Origin: Eledone cirrhosa
Lineage: Eukaryota
Assembly (NCBI GenBank): GCA_964016885.1
Contig: OZ024745.1
Location: forward strand, 10,044,001 to 10,108,000
Direction of reading: 5' to 3'
DNA: 64,000 nt
Below the pieces are notes generated by a model, which was not told where the DNA came from, ran no database searches, and saw only the letters and a list, made by a program, of their open reading frames with translations. Positions 61,645 to 64,000 of the stretch are shown here, in pieces; within the stretch, counting starts at the first letter, position 1, and every line of letters starts with the position of its first letter. The translations under genes and the position numbers were made by a program.

Positions 61645-64000
61645 CCGATGAAATTTCGTTTACATGTAACGCCATTGTTTTTTTAATATACACACTCTGC
61701 CTGTATATTTAAGAATTAGAGATTAATTTAATATTTAATTATTCATTTATATATATATACATAAACTCTATGCTAGAAATCTACATTTAAATGAAGATTT
61801 CTAGAAATTCTAACAGTGTTACAGTCGTTGTACAATATTGTTTTGTTATGTATTAACTCCTCTGTCAGAGTCATATAACATTTTATAGATATTTAACATA
61901 TAACATTTTATAGATATTTACATATAATATTTTATAGATATTTACATAATATTAAGTAATCTATAGAAACTATTAATTACTGGAATAGTGAGAAGTATGT
62001 ATTGATTGGAACAGTAGAGTAATATAGTAGTGGTAGCTTCCACAAGGTGATAAATGTTGAGGAAAATACAAAATTACCATTAGACAGTATGAGGAGGTAT
62101 GTATGTGTGTGGATCTATAACTCCTGATTGAGTTGTAGGGGTGCTGTAGTGACATGTCTCTGGTGGAGTCCATCCTCTCCTTAGGTCTCAATCCCAGTAT
62201 TGAACTGGTCTTTTATTGACCCCAAACGGACAAGAGACAAAGATGACCTGGGTGGAATTTAAGTACAGAGAGATCCAGAACAAATACCACAAAGTATTCT
62301 ATCTGGCATTCTAACAACTCTGCCAAATTGTCACCTAACAAGAAGCCACCATGTAAACCCAGGAAATTAATGACATATGAACTCATGTCAACTTTACAAG
62401 AAACTGTTCAGATAAACCTTCATGTGTGTTGAATGACAAAACCATATATATATTTTTGATGATGATACATGTTGCTGTTTATATTTAATGGTGCTACATG
62501 TTGCTGTGTGTATGTGTGTGTGTGTGTTTGATGATGCTACATGTTGCTATATATATATATATATTTGATGATGCTACATGTTGTGAGATTCTCTGCCCCT
62601 CCAACCTAGTTGGCCACAACCCCAGCACTGCAGCCTGCAATGTAGAGGACAGGAAGACAAATACCAGGGCTTGTCCAGCTGCTTTCTCTTTACACTGGTT
62701 ACCATTGAGATCTCAGACATCGTTGGACCCCATATAGCTGATCTCCTCCATAAAACCTGAAGAAGGAGCATTGCAAGGTGGGGTGGCTGTTGCAGCAGGT
62801 GTTGCTGACCATTGTCCATGGCAATGAATTTACCATTTTGTCCGTGGGGTACAGTTAAAACACCACTCTGACTTAGGGGTAGAGCGTCACCCTTACACCT
62901 TCCTTTTGTACTTAACAACCCTTGCCCTTTTCCTCTCAGTCTTTTGCAATGCTACTTTCTTATCCTTTATATTTTGCTAAATATTAAATTCTTGACTATT
63001 TGAAGAGGAATTGGAAGTGAAACAAAGTGACTGCTTTTGTGGGAAAAAGACAATGATGAAGGTTTCCAATGCTACCCTACTACAATATTTAAAGTAGATT
63101 TTAGATATATTGGTTCTATCAAATCTATATCTTCACTGTCTTCACCCATTGGAAATGTACTATTGATCACAGAATTATTGATTTCTTTAAATTATATACT
63201 TTCATGGAATCTAATGTCCTATGATGATACGAAACATCTCTAAAATTTCTTATTTTACTATCAGTTAAGTTTGGTATTCCCTAATTGCTGAGACAACCTT
63301 CCATACTTTCTATTTAGAGAATTAATAGATTTACACATTTTCTTCTCTTTTTTTTTTGAAGCAATCAACAAGATCCCAGACCTCACTTGCTTACCAAGTG
63401 GGGTGGAACTCCTCAAATCGGACCAAGGAAACAATGTTTCCATTGGTCTTTCCAACTTCTGGCAGAAAGAGCAATGTGAAATAAAAGGTCTGGGAATTGA
63501 ACTAACAACCTCACGATTGCAAATCCAATTCTCTAACCACTAAATCACACACCTTACAAATTTAAGATATTGTTAATTGAATTGTTTTAAAAGCTCAACC
63601 TTATTTGCTGATGTTTAACCAACAATTTATAGCACAAAGCATTGCATAAAAATATAATGGATGAAAAAGAAACTCAATTAATATACAATTATTAAATGGA
63701 AAATAAAGCAAAACAGAAACAATTTATGACAAAAAATCATTAAAACAAGAAACACTCAATGAAATAAGTTTCTTAAAATTTTACTGATATTAGTACACTG
63801 TACTAACATTAGTAATATATCCTATAATACAGTAGATATTAAGTCAAGACTTAAGTTTTTAAAATGTCCAATTACCCCCCTCCCCTCAATAAACCACTAA
63901 TAGGTATTCCCTACATTACTCTATGTTGTATATTTTAACATTTATTTAAATGTGATTTTCTATGTTTTTATAAGGTGTTTTTTTTTTAGTGTTTTCTATG

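Overview
Eukaryotic, AT-rich, repeat-dense window. The SINE, RTE and microsatellite landscape suggests a cephalopod such as Octopus; this is an inference. The whole window lies inside one minus-strand gene. Fourteen GT-AG coding exons (60200 to 4653, 1533 nt, 511 codons, all phases compatible) encode a coiled-coil segment whose C-terminal part resembles citron Rho-interacting kinase (CIT). The introns contain a young non-autonomous LTR element with a tRNA-Trp PBS, many RTE-clade LINE copies of at least two families, a non-autonomous Helitron, a Penelope-like GIY-YIG fragment, tRNA-SINEs, a 9.2-kb pentamer satellite and many minisatellites. The main hidden signal is a set of TA-embedded palindromic, Penelope-type elements carrying type I hammerhead ribozyme motifs. 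One of these ribozymes is split in its stem-II loop by a 3.1-kb RTE insertion, and another has a variant core. The longest ORFs in the track (3126, 632 and 302 aa) are tandem-repeat artefacts.
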